NCBI GenBank assembly: GCA_963665235.2
Contig: CAXXLX010000002.1
Span: forward strand, 32,001 to 96,000
Direction: 5' to 3'
DNA length: 64,000 nt
DNA from: Candidatus Poribacteria bacterium
GTDB lineage: Bacteria > Poribacteria > WGA-4E > WGA-3G
Shown: positions 11,796 through 21,711 of the stretch, one piece after another
Position numbering within the stretch: position 1 is the stretch's first letter
Layout: each line of letters opens with the position of its first letter
The notes under the pieces: generated by a model
The model's database searches: none
The model's input: the letters and a program-made list of their open reading frames with translations, nothing else
What the model was told of the DNA's origin: nothing
Position numbers and translations under genes: made by a program

Positions 11796-12164
11796 TTGGA
11801 AAGAACAAAGAAAAAGCGAATTAACTATCTAAGACGCAAAAAGCGGGTGCGATGGAAAATTAACGGAACAAAACAACGCCCCAGACTTTCTGTGTCTAGA
11901 AGTCTCAAGCATATTTATGCACAAATCATCGACGATGAAAACGGCACTACACTCGTACATGCCTCCAGCTTATCGCCTGAATTGAAGACGAAAACTGATA
12001 ATGGCGGAAAACTACAAACCGCCCAAAACGTCGGACAACTCATCGCACAAAAGGCAAAAGCACATCAGATTGAGACTGTTATCTTTGACCGAGGCGGCTA
12101 TCTCTATCATGGACGTGTTAAAGCCCTCGCCGATGCCGCAAGGAAAGAAGGCCTTAAGTTTTAA
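11796..12164 (+). CDS. rplR: 50S ribosomal protein L18
   Basis: [15 protein letters not shown] and [12 protein letters not shown]. Confidence 0.98.
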   Translation: MERTKKKRINYLRRKKRVRWKINGTKQRPRLSVSRSLKHIYAQIIDDENGTTLVHASSLSPELKTKTDNGGKLQTAQNVGQLIAQKAKAHQIETVIFDRGGYLYHGRVKALADAARKEGLKF

Positions 12165-12205
12165 CCGAACCAGACCAACGCCCGGTCCCTAGAGAGGAGA
12201 CTTTT

Positions 12206-12715
12206 TTGCGAAAAGAAAGAATTAACCCTGAAGATTACGAATTTGAAGAACGACCCATTGCAATTAATCGGGTAATGCGTGTTGGAAAAGGACGCCGCAC
12301 CCCCAGCTTTAACGCGCTCTCTGTCGTTGGCAATCGGGACGGTATTGTCGGAATCGGATTCGGCAGCGCAAGTGAAATCACGGGAGCCCTCCGAAAAAGC
12401 TCCGCTGACGCACGCAAAAATCTGATACGTGTACCGCTGACTGATGGAACACTGCCACACGAAATTATCTGTGAATTCAAAGCCGCAAAAGTTTTGCTCA
12501 AACCCGCAAGACCCGGCACCGGAATCATTGCAGGACATGCAACACGCGCTATACTGGAATTCGCAGGAGTACGCGACGCACTTACCAAATGTCTTTCCTC
12601 ACGAAATGTGAAGAATATCGCCGAAGCCACGATGATTGGATTAAAAAATCTCAAAGATATCAACGAGGTCGCGCGAATCCGAGGCAAGACAGTCGAAGAA
12701 TTGTTACACAAATAG
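12206..12715 (+). CDS. rpsE: 30S ribosomal protein S5
   Basis: INRV, VVGNRDG and LKPARPGTGIIAG; operon position. Confidence 0.97.
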   Translation: MRKERINPEDYEFEERPIAINRVMRVGKGRRTPSFNALSVVGNRDGIVGIGFGSASEITGALRKSSADARKNLIRVPLTDGTLPHEIICEFKAAKVLLKPARPGTGIIAGHATRAILEFAGVRDALTKCLSSRNVKNIAEATMIGLKNLKDINEVARIRGKTVEELLHK

Positions 12716-12771
12716 GGCAACAAGACGCACAACTGAGCCTGCACAGGCAAAACTAAGGAATGGTAGACACC

Positions 12772-13218
12772 ATGAAACTCAATGAACTCAAACCCCCTCG
12801 GGGCGCAAACCGGCCCAAAAAACGGGTCGGACGCGGAAATGCATCAGGACGAGGCGGCACATGCGGACGCGGACACAAGGGACAAAAATCCCGAGCCGGC
12901 AGCTCCATCCCCGCATGGTTCGAAGGCGGACAAATGCCACTCGTACGACGACTCCCAAAACGGGGGCCCAGACGCACCGGACATAAACGCCTCGAATACC
13001 ACATCGTCAACGTAGAAACCCTCAACCTTTTTGAGGAAGAGGGTGTTGTCAACCCGGAACGCCTTCGAGAAGCAGGTATCGTTAAACGCAGAAACGCACG
13101 CATAAAGATACTCGGCGATGGTGAACTTGAAAAACGACTCAACGTACAGGCACATCGCTTCTCAAAGGCAGCAATTCAAAAAATTGAAGCAAAAGGCGGC
13201 ACCACCGAGGTGATATAA
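12772..13218 (+). CDS. rplO: 50S ribosomal protein L15
   Basis: RVGRG, GRGHKGQKSR and FEGGQMPL; alternative start 12760. Confidence 0.98.
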   Translation: MKLNELKPPRGANRPKKRVGRGNASGRGGTCGRGHKGQKSRAGSSIPAWFEGGQMPLVRRLPKRGPRRTGHKRLEYHIVNVETLNLFEEEGVVNPERLREAGIVKRRNARIKILGDGELEKRLNVQAHRFSKAAIQKIEAKGGTTEVI

Positions 13219-14556
13219 GTGATTAAGGCATTTCAAAACGCATCTAAAATCCCTGAATTACGAAAGCGCATCGTTTTCACCGCGCTACTTTTGATTGTCT
13301 ACCGACTCGGCGCACATATTACGCTGCCCGGCATCGACGATATAGCACTAAAGGTTTTTTTTGATGGGCTCACCGAACGAACGGGGAGTGCCATTGCATT
13401 TATTGATGTCTTCTCCGGCGGAGCTTTCAGCCAAATGACAATCTTCGCACTCGGCATCCAGCCCTATATTAGCGCATCAATCATTATGCAGCTCCTGGCA
13501 GTTATTGTCCCCGCCTTGGAAAAACTCTCCAAGGAGCCAGACGGCCGTAAGAAAATTACGCAATACACTCGATACGGCACCGTCCTCCTCAGTATCGTGC
13601 AGGGGTTCACAATTAGCATCGTCTTGAGAAATCCTGAACAGCTTATCTCCGGAGATGTCGGCCAAGTCGTCATTAATCCAAGCATCTGGTGGCATGGACT
13701 CGTCGTCCTAACACTCACCGCAGGCACAGCTTTTGTCATGTGGCTCGGTGAACAAATTACCGAACGCGGTATCGGGCAAGGAATTTCCTTGATTATCACC
13801 GTCGGTATTATTGCTGGATTACCGGGGGGAGTCTCTACCGTCTTCACGCAGCTCTTTAATAACCCACGTTTTGGAATTCCACAGCTCCTTATCCTAGTCG
13901 TTCTCGTCATCATCGCAGTGAGCGGCACCGTTTTTATCGTGCTTTCTGAACGCAGAGTCCCCGTTCAATATGGACGCCAAATCCGAGGACGCAGAGTCTT
14001 TGGTGGGCAGACAACACACCTCCCCCTCAAAGTCAACGCAGCAGGCATGATTCCGATTATCTTCGCTGTAACTTTGATGACGTTCCCAAGTGTAATCATC
14101 GGATTTTTGCCACAGGATTGGACCTGGGTCGCCTGGGTCGCACGATTAATCGACCCCGGCGCACCTTTATATCTCATCGTTTATGCACTCTTGATTATCG
14201 GATTCACCTATTTCTACACCGCAGTCCAAATCAACCCTGTGCAAATGGCAGAAAACTTACAGAAATATGGCGGTTTTATCCCAGGCGTTCGCCCGGGCAA
14301 ACAAACAGCCGATTATATCAACACAACCCTCACACGAATCACGCTCCCAGGCGCACTCTTCCTCGCCGCTATCTCCGTGATACCCATTATTATCACCACC
14401 CGATTGGGAATCGGAAACATGGTCGAAGGGGCTTCTGTTCTGATTGTTGTCGGGGTTGTCTTGGATACAATGTCACAAATCGAATCCTACTTAACCATGC
14501 GGCATTATGATGGCTTCCTAAAGGATAGACGTTTGAAAGGGCGCCGAGGCAGGTAA
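13219..14556 (+). CDS. secY: Preprotein translocase subunit SecY
   Basis: ALGIQPYISASII, WLGEQITERGIG and FIPGVRPG; about 10 hydrophobic segments. Confidence 0.99.
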   Translation: MIKAFQNASKIPELRKRIVFTALLLIVYRLGAHITLPGIDDIALKVFFDGLTERTGSAIAFIDVFSGGAFSQMTIFALGIQPYISASIIMQLLAVIVPALEKLSKEPDGRKKITQYTRYGTVLLSIVQGFTISIVLRNPEQLISGDVGQVVINPSIWWHGLVVLTLTAGTAFVMWLGEQITERGIGQGISLIITVGIIAGLPGGVSTVFTQLFNNPRFGIPQLLILVVLVIIAVSGTVFIVLSERRVPVQYGRQIRGRRVFGGQTTHLPLKVNAAGMIPIIFAVTLMTFPSVIIGFLPQDWTWVAWVARLIDPGAPLYLIVYALLIIGFTYFYTAVQINPVQMAENLQKYGGFIPGVRPGKQTADYINTTLTRITLPGALFLAAISVIPIIITTRLGIGNMVEGASVLIVVGVVLDTMSQIESYLTMRHYDGFLKDRRLKGRRGR

Positions 14557-15165
14557 TACCATTTTTATTAATTATTCTATCATTACCGGTTGTTAGAAAT
14601 GAAACGGAGAACGGAGGACCCAAACTGGAAGTTTATGCTACGATAAAGCACACAAACTGGAAGTTTATGCTACCATGCACAAACTGGAAGTTTATGCTAC
14701 CATGCACAAACTGGAAGTTTATGCTACGATAAAGCACACAAACTGGAAGTTTATGCTACCATGCACAAACTGGAAGTTTATGCTACGATAAAGCACACAA
14801 ACTGGAAGTTTATGCTACCATGCACAAACTAAAAGTTTATGCTACGATAAAGCACACAAACTGGAAATGCTACGATAAAGCACACAAACTGGAAGTTTAT
14901 GCTTTGAAAGCTACCATGCACAAACTGGAAGTTTATGCTACCATGCACAAACTGGAAGTTTATGCTACGATAAAGCACACAAACTGGAAGTTTATGCTAC
15001 CATGCACAAACTAAAAGTTTATGCTACCATGCACAAACTGGAAGTTTATGCTACGATAAAGCACACAAAAAACCATGCACAAACTGGAAGTTTATGCTAC
15101 GATAAAGTGCACAAACTGGAAGTTTATGCTACGATAAAGTGCACAAACTGGAAGTTTATGCTACC
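14556..15165 (+). repeat. MITE-like left end plus ~18 REP units with mixed 27- and 32-bp periods
   Basis: ATACCATTTTT end overlaps the secY TAA. Core (G/A)CACAAACTGGAAGTTTATGCTAC is joined by CAT or GATAAAGC linkers. Confidence 0.93.
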
Positions 15166-15196
15166 AAATAGGGAACATCTGCCGAAAAGGAAAATT

Positions 15197-15313
15197 ATGA
15201 AAGTCCGAGCTTCTGTCAAAAAAATATGTAACCGTTGTAAAATTGTCAAAAGAAAAGGGGTCGTCCGCGTCTTGTGCCCAGCAAACCCTCGGCACAAACA
15301 GAGACAGGGATAA
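15197..15313 (+). CDS. rpmJ: 50S ribosomal protein L36, zinc-ribbon type
   Basis: [14 protein letters not shown]...[10 protein letters not shown]. Confidence 0.98.
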   Translation: MKVRASVKKICNRCKIVKRKGVVRVLCPANPRHKQRQG

Positions 15314-15340
15314 ACCCATACCTTCCATAAGGAGGAAACC

Positions 15341-15736
15341 ATGGCACGGATTGCAGGGGTCGATTTACCCCGTAACAAACGAGTAGACATCGCGCTAACT
15401 GCCATCTACGGCATCGGCCGATATACTGCTACGCAAATCGTCACTGACCTTAACATTGACCCGGCTAAACAGGTCGATTCCCTCGCTGAAAACGAAATCA
15501 GCCTACTCCGAGATAAGCTGAACGAAGGCTATAAAGTCGAAGGGGACCTGCGCCGAGAAGTCGATCAGAACATTAAACGGCTCATGGATATTAACAGCTA
15601 CCGCGGACTGCGCCACCGACGACAGTTACCCGTGCGAGGCCAACGCACAAATACAAACGCCCGCACACGCAAAGGCAAAGCCCGAACCATTTCTGTCGGG
15701 AGAAAAGCTAAAGAAGCAGCACGCAAGGGCGGTTAA
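15341..15736 (+). CDS. rpsM: 30S ribosomal protein S13
   Basis: [17 protein letters not shown] and PVRGQRT. Confidence 0.99.
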   Translation: MARIAGVDLPRNKRVDIALTAIYGIGRYTATQIVTDLNIDPAKQVDSLAENEISLLRDKLNEGYKVEGDLRREVDQNIKRLMDINSYRGLRHRRQLPVRGQRTNTNARTRKGKARTISVGRKAKEAARKGG

Positions 15737-15833
15737 GAGCCGCTGAACCCGGAAAACCACCCCTTTGCAACGTGTGTTGGTCAACAAAATATGCAACCAA
15801 CGCACGTTGCCGAACGGATAAAGGAGAAACAGT

Positions 15834-16205
15834 TTGCGCTCACGAAGAAGAGAACGAAAAAATGTACCTGAGGGCATCGCCCATATCCAGGCAACATTTA
15901 ATAATACAATCGTCACTATCACCGACCCCAATGGGAATACTATCGCATGGGCAAGCGCAGGAATGACGTTCCCCGGCTCAAGAAAATCCACACCCTTCGC
16001 AGCACAGCAAACCGCTGAAGCATGCGCGCGAAAAGCTATGGAACACGGTGTCAAACGCGTTGAGGTCAGAGTCAAAGGCCCCGGCTCCGGACGAGAATCA
16101 TCTATTCGCGCACTCGCCGCCGCTGGGCTCGAAATTACATTGCTAAAGGATATGACACCTATCCCCCACAACGGCTGTCGACCGCCCAAAAGACGACGCG
16201 TCTAA
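15834..16205 (+). CDS. rpsK: 30S ribosomal protein S11
   Basis: [24 protein letters not shown] and [15 protein letters not shown]; TTG start after AAGGAG. Confidence 0.99.
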   Translation: MRSRRRERKNVPEGIAHIQATFNNTIVTITDPNGNTIAWASAGMTFPGSRKSTPFAAQQTAEACARKAMEHGVKRVEVRVKGPGSGRESSIRALAAAGLEITLLKDMTPIPHNGCRPPKRRRV

Positions 16206-16256
16206 CCCTTTTCCCACCATCGGGAATGTAGGCACACCGACGTTTCGCCTTTTTAT

Positions 16257-16285
16257 TTGCAAAACGGCTAAAAATGTGGTATACT
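16257..16285 (+). promoter_or_regulatory. Putative sigma70 promoter for rpsD-rpoA-rplQ
   Basis: TTGCAA-N17-TATACT with extended -10 TG. Confidence 0.6.
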
Positions 16286-16341
16286 TTATAATTTGTTGGC
16301 AAGAGGACCAACTTACGCGGTACGGAAAAATTGAAATAGTA

Positions 16342-16509
16342 CAGGACTTACGCAAATTTAGCAGGCCCCTCAGTATTCGGGCAAACGGTTTCCCGCTCCT
16401 CTGGGCGAGGTTTCCCCGTCCGCTCGTAGGGTCGGGGTTTCCCCGCCCGCTAGATTTGCCTCTAAATCCCACTATCATAAGGATTTATCAATGCGCTGCA
16501 TAAGTCCTG
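16342..16509. mobile_element. 168-bp MITE with 13-bp TIRs and a 6-bp target duplication
   Basis: CAGGACTTACGCA...TGCATAAGTCCTG flanked on both sides by ATAGTA; contains a GTAGGGTCGGGGTTTCCCCGCCC REP. Confidence 0.85.
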
Positions 16510-16581
16510 ATAGTATTTTGGAAAACAACGTTCCCGCTAAATTTTTACGAATAGCTAACTGTATCATAAACAAGGAGACAC

Positions 16582-17214
16582 ATGAGCAGGTATTTAGGTT
16601 CAGTCTGTAAACTATGCCGCCGAGAAGGCGAAAAACTTTTTTTGAAAGGCCGCCGATGTAACGGACCAAAATGTTCCTTCGAACGACGCGGATATCCACC
16701 CGGCGAACACGGACAAAAACCCCCAACTCGCGCACGCGGCGACTATAGACGCCAATTGCGAACCAAGCAGAAAGCCAAGCGAATCTACGGAATCCTTGAA
16801 AAACAATTTCGAAACTATTACGTCAAAGCAGCACAACAAACAGGTATCACCGGCGAAAACCTCATCACACTTCTCGAACGCCGCCTTGATAATGTGGTTT
16901 ATCGACTCGGATTCGCAACATCGCGCAAACAAGCCCGACAACTTGTCAAGCACAATCACTTCACCGTCAATGGAAAACGCGTCAATATTCCCTCCTATCT
17001 CGTTGAAGTCGGAGATGTTATTACGCCACGCGAAAAAAGCCGCCAACTTGTCGCAATACAGGACGCACTCGAATTGGCAAAGCAGAAGGGCACCCCGGAA
17101 TGGCTGGAAATCAATACCGATACGTCCCAAGGACGAGTCCAAGGAGTACCAGTCGTACAACATATTGCAGACGAACTAGACACACAATTAATTATCGAAT
17201 TGTACTCTAGATAG
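16582..17214 (+). CDS. rpsD: 30S ribosomal protein S4
   Basis: CKLCRREG, PPGEHG, LERRLDNVVYRLG and ARQLVKH. Confidence 0.99.
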   Translation: MSRYLGSVCKLCRREGEKLFLKGRRCNGPKCSFERRGYPPGEHGQKPPTRARGDYRRQLRTKQKAKRIYGILEKQFRNYYVKAAQQTGITGENLITLLERRLDNVVYRLGFATSRKQARQLVKHNHFTVNGKRVNIPSYLVEVGDVITPREKSRQLVAIQDALELAKQKGTPEWLEINTDTSQGRVQGVPVVQHIADELDTQLIIELYSR

Positions 17215-17271
17215 TGCTTAACCGATTGCCCGTGTTCATTCACAGGAATACTAACTGAGAGGAGAAAATTG

Positions 17272-18234
17272 ATGAATACGTTAGAATTAAATATGCCCGA
17301 ACGCCTTGTAACCGATACGCAAACCTTGAAACCGAATTATGCGAAATACATCGCGGACCCCCTCGAAAGAGGATACGGCACTACCCTCGGCAACTCGCTA
17401 CGACGTGTACTGCTCTCCTCAATTAAAGGGGCCGCAATAGTCGCAATTCAAATCGACCAGGTCAAGCACGAATACGCCACTATACCCGGTGTCGTTGAAG
17501 ATGTTGTTCATATCATCCTCAACCTCAAGCAGATTCGATTCCGACTCCTACAAGATGAACCGATGGTACTTGAACTCACAGCAAGCGGCTCCGGACAGGT
17601 CACCGCAGCCGACATACGACCTAATGCACTCGTCGAAATTATTAACCCCGACCAGCACATCGCAACACTTGATAAATGCCAAGGAATCGATATGCAAATC
17701 GAAGTCCAAACAGGACGCGGCTACTCACTCGCTGACGAACGCAGAAATAGGAAAAAACCCATCGGATGGATTCCGATTGACGCAAAATTCTCACCCGTCG
17801 AAAAGGTTAACTTCCGAGTCAACGAAACCCGAGTTAAGGATATGACAAACTTTGACCGACTCAACCTCGAACTCTGGACTGATGGAAGTATCACACCCAA
17901 ACAAGCTATGACGCAAGCCGCCGAAATCTTACAACGGCAACTCGAACTTTTTACCGAATTTGATGAAACCTACATCGAACCTGAACCCGAAATCGACGAA
18001 GCACAACTCCTGAGAGACAGATACCTCGCAAAACCAATTGACGACCTCGAACTCTCAGTACGATCAAGCAAATGTCTTAAAAACGCAAATATTAAAACCA
18101 TCCGAGAACTGGTCGCTAAAGACGAAAGCGAAATGCTGACATACAAAAATTTCGGCAAAACCTCGCTCAACGAACTCAAAGACCAACTCGCTAACATGGG
18201 ATTAACGCTCGGAATGCAATTGGATGACGAGTAG
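17272..18234 (+). CDS. rpoA: RNA polymerase alpha subunit
   Basis: [36 protein letters not shown] and NFGKTSL. Confidence 0.99.
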   Translation: MNTLELNMPERLVTDTQTLKPNYAKYIADPLERGYGTTLGNSLRRVLLSSIKGAAIVAIQIDQVKHEYATIPGVVEDVVHIILNLKQIRFRLLQDEPMVLELTASGSGQVTAADIRPNALVEIINPDQHIATLDKCQGIDMQIEVQTGRGYSLADERRNRKKPIGWIPIDAKFSPVEKVNFRVNETRVKDMTNFDRLNLELWTDGSITPKQAMTQAAEILQRQLELFTEFDETYIEPEPEIDEAQLLRDRYLAKPIDDLELSVRSSKCLKNANIKTIRELVAKDESEMLTYKNFGKTSLNELKDQLANMGLTLGMQLDDE

Positions 18235-18262
18235 AACCGTCATACAGAAGAGGAGAAACACA

Positions 18263-18664
18263 ATGCGCCATAGAAAACGCGGCAGAAAACTCGGACGAAC
18301 TACCAGCCACAGAAACGCACTCTTCCGAAACCAAGCCACCGCACTGTTCGAACACGAACAGATACGGACTACATTGCCGAAATGCAAAGAACTCCGACGC
18401 GTCGCTGAAAAACTCATCACGCTCGCAAAGAAAGATGACTTACACTCGCGACGACAAGCCGCACGATTCTTATACGGACGAGACCTGCATTATAAAGCAC
18501 AAAGAGGTGAATCCGCCGCCATCGAAAAACACGCGGTCCTTCAAAAACTTTTCGATGATATTGCACCCCGTTATCAAGACCGAAATGGCGGCTATACCCG
18601 AATCATACGCGGCGAACTCCGACGCGGCGACGGCGCACAGATGGCTTACATTCAACTCGTTTGA
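18263..18664 (+). CDS. rplQ: 50S ribosomal protein L17
   Basis: MRHRK..RKLGR, GGYTRI and RRGDGA; SD AGGAG. Confidence 0.98.
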   Translation: MRHRKRGRKLGRTTSHRNALFRNQATALFEHEQIRTTLPKCKELRRVAEKLITLAKKDDLHSRRQAARFLYGRDLHYKAQRGESAAIEKHAVLQKLFDDIAPRYQDRNGGYTRIIRGELRRGDGAQMAYIQLV

Positions 18665-18669
18665 AGAAA

Positions 18670-18706
18670 AGCAAAAAGGCGGAGCCGAAACTCCGCCTTT
18701 TTTGCT
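18670..18706. terminator. Intrinsic terminator, probably bidirectional
   Basis: AGCAAAAAGGCGGAG-CCGAAA-CTCCGCCTTTTTTGCT hairpin with A and T tails just after rplQ. Confidence 0.9.
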
Positions 18707-18719
18707 GTAATCTAACCAA

Positions 18720-18981
18720 AACGTGAGCTTGATAATAAATGTCCGTTTGCTCTAAATCTGAGCGTTCAGTATTCGGGCAAACGGTTTCCCGCTCCTCTGG
18801 GCAATTCATTGCCCGTCGAATACCGAACTATTTTATTTAAGCTTCATTAGTTTGTGCGTTCTTTTGTAGCATAAACTTCCAGTTTGTGCGTTCTTTAGTA
18901 GCATAAACTTCCAGTTTGTGCGGTCTTTTGCTAACACTACCACAGAACGCCATAGGTGAAAACTTTTTTCAAACTCACGTT
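18720..18981. mobile_element. MITE of the AACGTGAGYTTGA family carrying REP units
   Basis: Ends AACGTGAGCTTGATAATAAAT and AAAACTTTTTTCAAACTCACGTT; AACCAA duplicated on both sides. Confidence 0.82.
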
Positions 18982-18987
18982 AACCAA

Positions 18988-19251
18988 AATGTGAGTTTGA
19001 TAATAAATGTCGGTTTGCCTAACCCCTTAAACATTTTACGGGACTAAGAATTAGGATGGAAACGTCTTTTTCTATAAATATATCGTCCCTACGGGACTAA
19101 GAGTTTTGGTGTTAGCGGCTGCTTCTATAAATATATCGTCCCTACGGGACTAAGAGTTTTGGTGTTAGCGGCTGCTTCTATAAATATATCGTCCCTACGG
19201 AGCGAGCTGGTTGCCCGAATACTAAGGGAAAACTTTTTTCAAACTCACGTG
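18988..19251. mobile_element. Second MITE of the same TIR family, in tandem and overlapping the 3' end of the OMP gene
   Basis: AATGTGAGTTTGATAATAAAT...TTTTTTCAAACTCACGTG; internal ~53-bp direct repeats TCTATAAATATATCGTCCCTACGG. Confidence 0.75.
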
Positions 19252-20523
19252 ATACGCAGCAGACGCAAAAAACCGATGCGTCAAATGTTCGGTCTTCACA
19301 TTGTTCTGTTCTTGGGCCCAACCCCCAAGTACATAAGTAACATCCACTTTCAACGAATCCTCGAAAATTTTACCGACTCCTGCTGTAAAAAAATCATGCG
19401 TATCTACCTGGGTATATCTGAACGGGATAGGGTCGCGAAGATATCCAAGACGGATATGTGTTGCAATGCTGGGTATCCGATATTCCAAGCCGAGTCTCGC
19501 CTGAACTGTTGTGGCATAGAACTTCTCAAAATTGTCGTCTGAGATATTATCTGCTGGAGCCGGATCGTACCGCGTCTGTGTCCAGTCCGTGAATTGAACA
19601 TCCCCCGCCAAAATCAACTGTTTATCTAACAGTTTGACTGCAAGACCCGCACCGACTTCATACGGCCTCTCAATGTCAAACGCCTGAACACCGCTCGCCG
19701 CATCCGACGTTTCCTCACCATCATCATAATACGCTAACGTATACTCACGCCAGAATTCATCAACTACCAACTCAGTCGGGGCAACCAACGTGAGACCGAG
19801 GCTAATAGCGTCTGTTAAGTTAACCAAAATCCCCACTCTCCCGCTAATACCGGAATACTTCCGTTCAATCTCATCGTCATATCTGAAGCTTGCTAACTCA
19901 CTGTCTATCCCCTTGCTATCTTTCGCAGCAGTATCCAGCTCATGAAGGCTTTCACCCTCCCAAAAATCTATAGAGCCCCCAATCAGAATATGCTTCGAGA
20001 TAAACACACTCCCACCAAAACTCCAAATCCCGATGCCACCTGAGTTCGTATTCCTATCAGCAACCGTAAGGCCGCTGAACTCATTACCAACACTCGGATC
20101 GATTCCCTGAACCTCGGTTTGATAATCGAAGTTTTGCTGACGGTTGTAGCCGAAAGCGATTGCAAAACCACCCTGGCTCGTCTGAAACGGATAAACAAAA
20201 CCGATGGAATTCAGACGCAGCTGTGAGCGACTCGTTCCTGTTTTCACCGCATCCCCCGTAAAATAGGTATCCGCAATCGCCGTATTGTGTGAAAAACCGG
20301 TGAACAGTTCAAACTTCCGTATCTGTGCTATCCCCGCAGGATTCCAATACAGCGCAGTGAAATCATCGGCGAGCCCGAGAGACGCACCGCCCATACCCAT
20401 CGTCCGTGCACCAACACCAAACGTTTTCCCGATTGCCATCTCCTCAACTTGGGCGGTACAAACAGCTGTCAATAAGCTTGTCGCAAGTAAACAGGTAAAA
20501 ATGCAATATATTTTCTGCTTCAT
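19222..20523 (-). CDS. OmpP1/FadL/TodX-family outer-membrane beta-barrel transporter
   Basis: Signal peptide from MKQKIY (SD AAGGAG); hatch motif GARTMGMGGA..LADDFTALYWNPAG; amphipathic strands. Confidence 0.85.
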   Translation of the reverse strand: MKQKIYCIFTCLLATSLLTAVCTAQVEEMAIGKTFGVGARTMGMGGASLGLADDFTALYWNPAGIAQIRKFELFTGFSHNTAIADTYFTGDAVKTGTSRSQLRLNSIGFVYPFQTSQGGFAIAFGYNRQQNFDYQTEVQGIDPSVGNEFSGLTVADRNTNSGGIGIWSFGGSVFISKHILIGGSIDFWEGESLHELDTAAKDSKGIDSELASFRYDDEIERKYSGISGRVGILVNLTDAISLGLTLVAPTELVVDEFWREYTLAYYDDGEETSDAASGVQAFDIERPYEVGAGLAVKLLDKQLILAGDVQFTDWTQTRYDPAPADNISDDNFEKFYATTVQARLGLEYRIPSIATHIRLGYLRDPIPFRYTQVDTHDFFTAGVGKIFEDSLKVDVTYVLGGWAQEQNNVKTEHLTHRFFASAAYHVSLKKVFP

Positions 20524-20590
20524 AGTTCCGCTCGCTCCTTTGTTTTCACCATCACACTGCGTACTTTCAAAGCACGCCAGCATGAGGCGG

Positions 20591-21154
20591 TTATTTTTTT
20601 TCGTCCTTTTTTAAACCGCGCCGGGGCCGTTCCGACCGAGACTTCGGTGAAGTCAAACTACGAGAGGCACGCGAACGCCTATTCTCTACGCGCCCCTTTC
20701 TCAAGCTACCGCTTTTATAGGTGCCACGAGGCGCACGCAAATAGCCACCGCCGTAATACCTACCGTAATAACCCCAGTAAGGATAAAAGCTACCGTAATA
20801 CCGGTAATAGGGGGCAGAATACCTGTAATACCCATACCCGTAATACCAAGAAGGTGGTGGATAATAATACACCGGCGGATAATATAATAGGCGTGGATAC
20901 GGTGCATAAGGCACCCAATACGAATCACCCACGTAAGGATAGGAAGAGCGGTAGGTAGACTTCCGGCGACCGTAATAGCCTTCAGAGTCATCAGAATCGG
21001 AAACGTGTTCCATCTCTTCCCCGGTTTTTTCTATCTGTTTATGTCGTTTCTCCTTAAGGTACGCCGTATCGTGATAACCGAGTTTTGTATAGCACCCGAC
21101 AAACGCCACCGTTGTCAAGAGAAACAGCAGTATAAAAACAACTTTCAAACTCAT
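20591..21154 (-). CDS. Tyr/Pro/Gly-rich lipoprotein of unknown function
   Basis: Lipobox AFVGC, SD GAGGAGG, low-complexity YYP/YYG region and basic tail; co-oriented directly upstream of the barrel gene. Confidence 0.75.
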   Translation of the reverse strand: MSLKVVFILLFLLTTVAFVGCYTKLGYHDTAYLKEKRHKQIEKTGEEMEHVSDSDDSEGYYGRRKSTYRSSYPYVGDSYWVPYAPYPRLLYYPPVYYYPPPSWYYGYGYYRYSAPYYRYYGSFYPYWGYYGRYYGGGYLRAPRGTYKSGSLRKGRVENRRSRASRSLTSPKSRSERPRRGLKKDEKK

Positions 21155-21263
21155 CGGTTTACCTCCTCTAAATTCAACATTTACTTTCCTATTTGCGTCT
21201 GTCCTGTTACCTATTTCAACGAAAATTTTTCACTTGCGTTTACTTAGCAAGTCTGCTAAACTA

Positions 21264-21706
21264 ATACCGTTTCCATTTTTATTAATTATTCTATCATTAC
21301 CGGTTGTTAGAAATGAAACGGAGAACGGAAGACCCAAACTAAAAGTTTATGCTACAAGAACGCACAAACTGGAAGTTTATGCTACAAGAACGCAAACTGG
21401 AAGTTTATGCTACAAGAACGCACAAACTGGAAGTTTATGCTACAAGAACGCACTAAAAGTTTATGCTACAAGAACGCACAAACTGGAAGTTTATGCTACA
21501 AGAACGCAAACTAAAAATGCTACAAGAACGCCCAAACTAAAAGTTTATGCTACAAGAACGCACAAACTAAAAGTTTATGCTACAAGAACGCACAAACTAA
21601 AAGTTTATGCTACAAGAACGCACAAACTAAAAGTTTATGCTACAAGAACGCACAAACTGGAAGTTTATGCTACAATAAAGAGACATTTTCAATTAGAAAT
21701 GGTATA
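21264..21706 (+). mobile_element. Complete ATACCATTT-family MITE containing ~12 tandem 30-bp REP units
   Basis: Left end ATACC..TTTTTATTAATTATT; right end GAGACATTTTCAATTAGAAATGGTAT; TA flanks. Confidence 0.88.
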
Positions 21707-21711
21707 ACCCC

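Noticed and set aside
15002-15196. N-terminal extension of L36
   Set aside because: It is repeat-derived; the canonical MKVRAS start at 15197 has its own AAGGA SD.
19222-20523. PorV/T9SS component assignment for the barrel
   Set aside because: The N-terminal motif is shared across the FadL/PorV superfamily. Length and the neighbouring Tyr-rich lipoprotein fit a generic FadL-like transporter; this cannot be resolved without HMMs.
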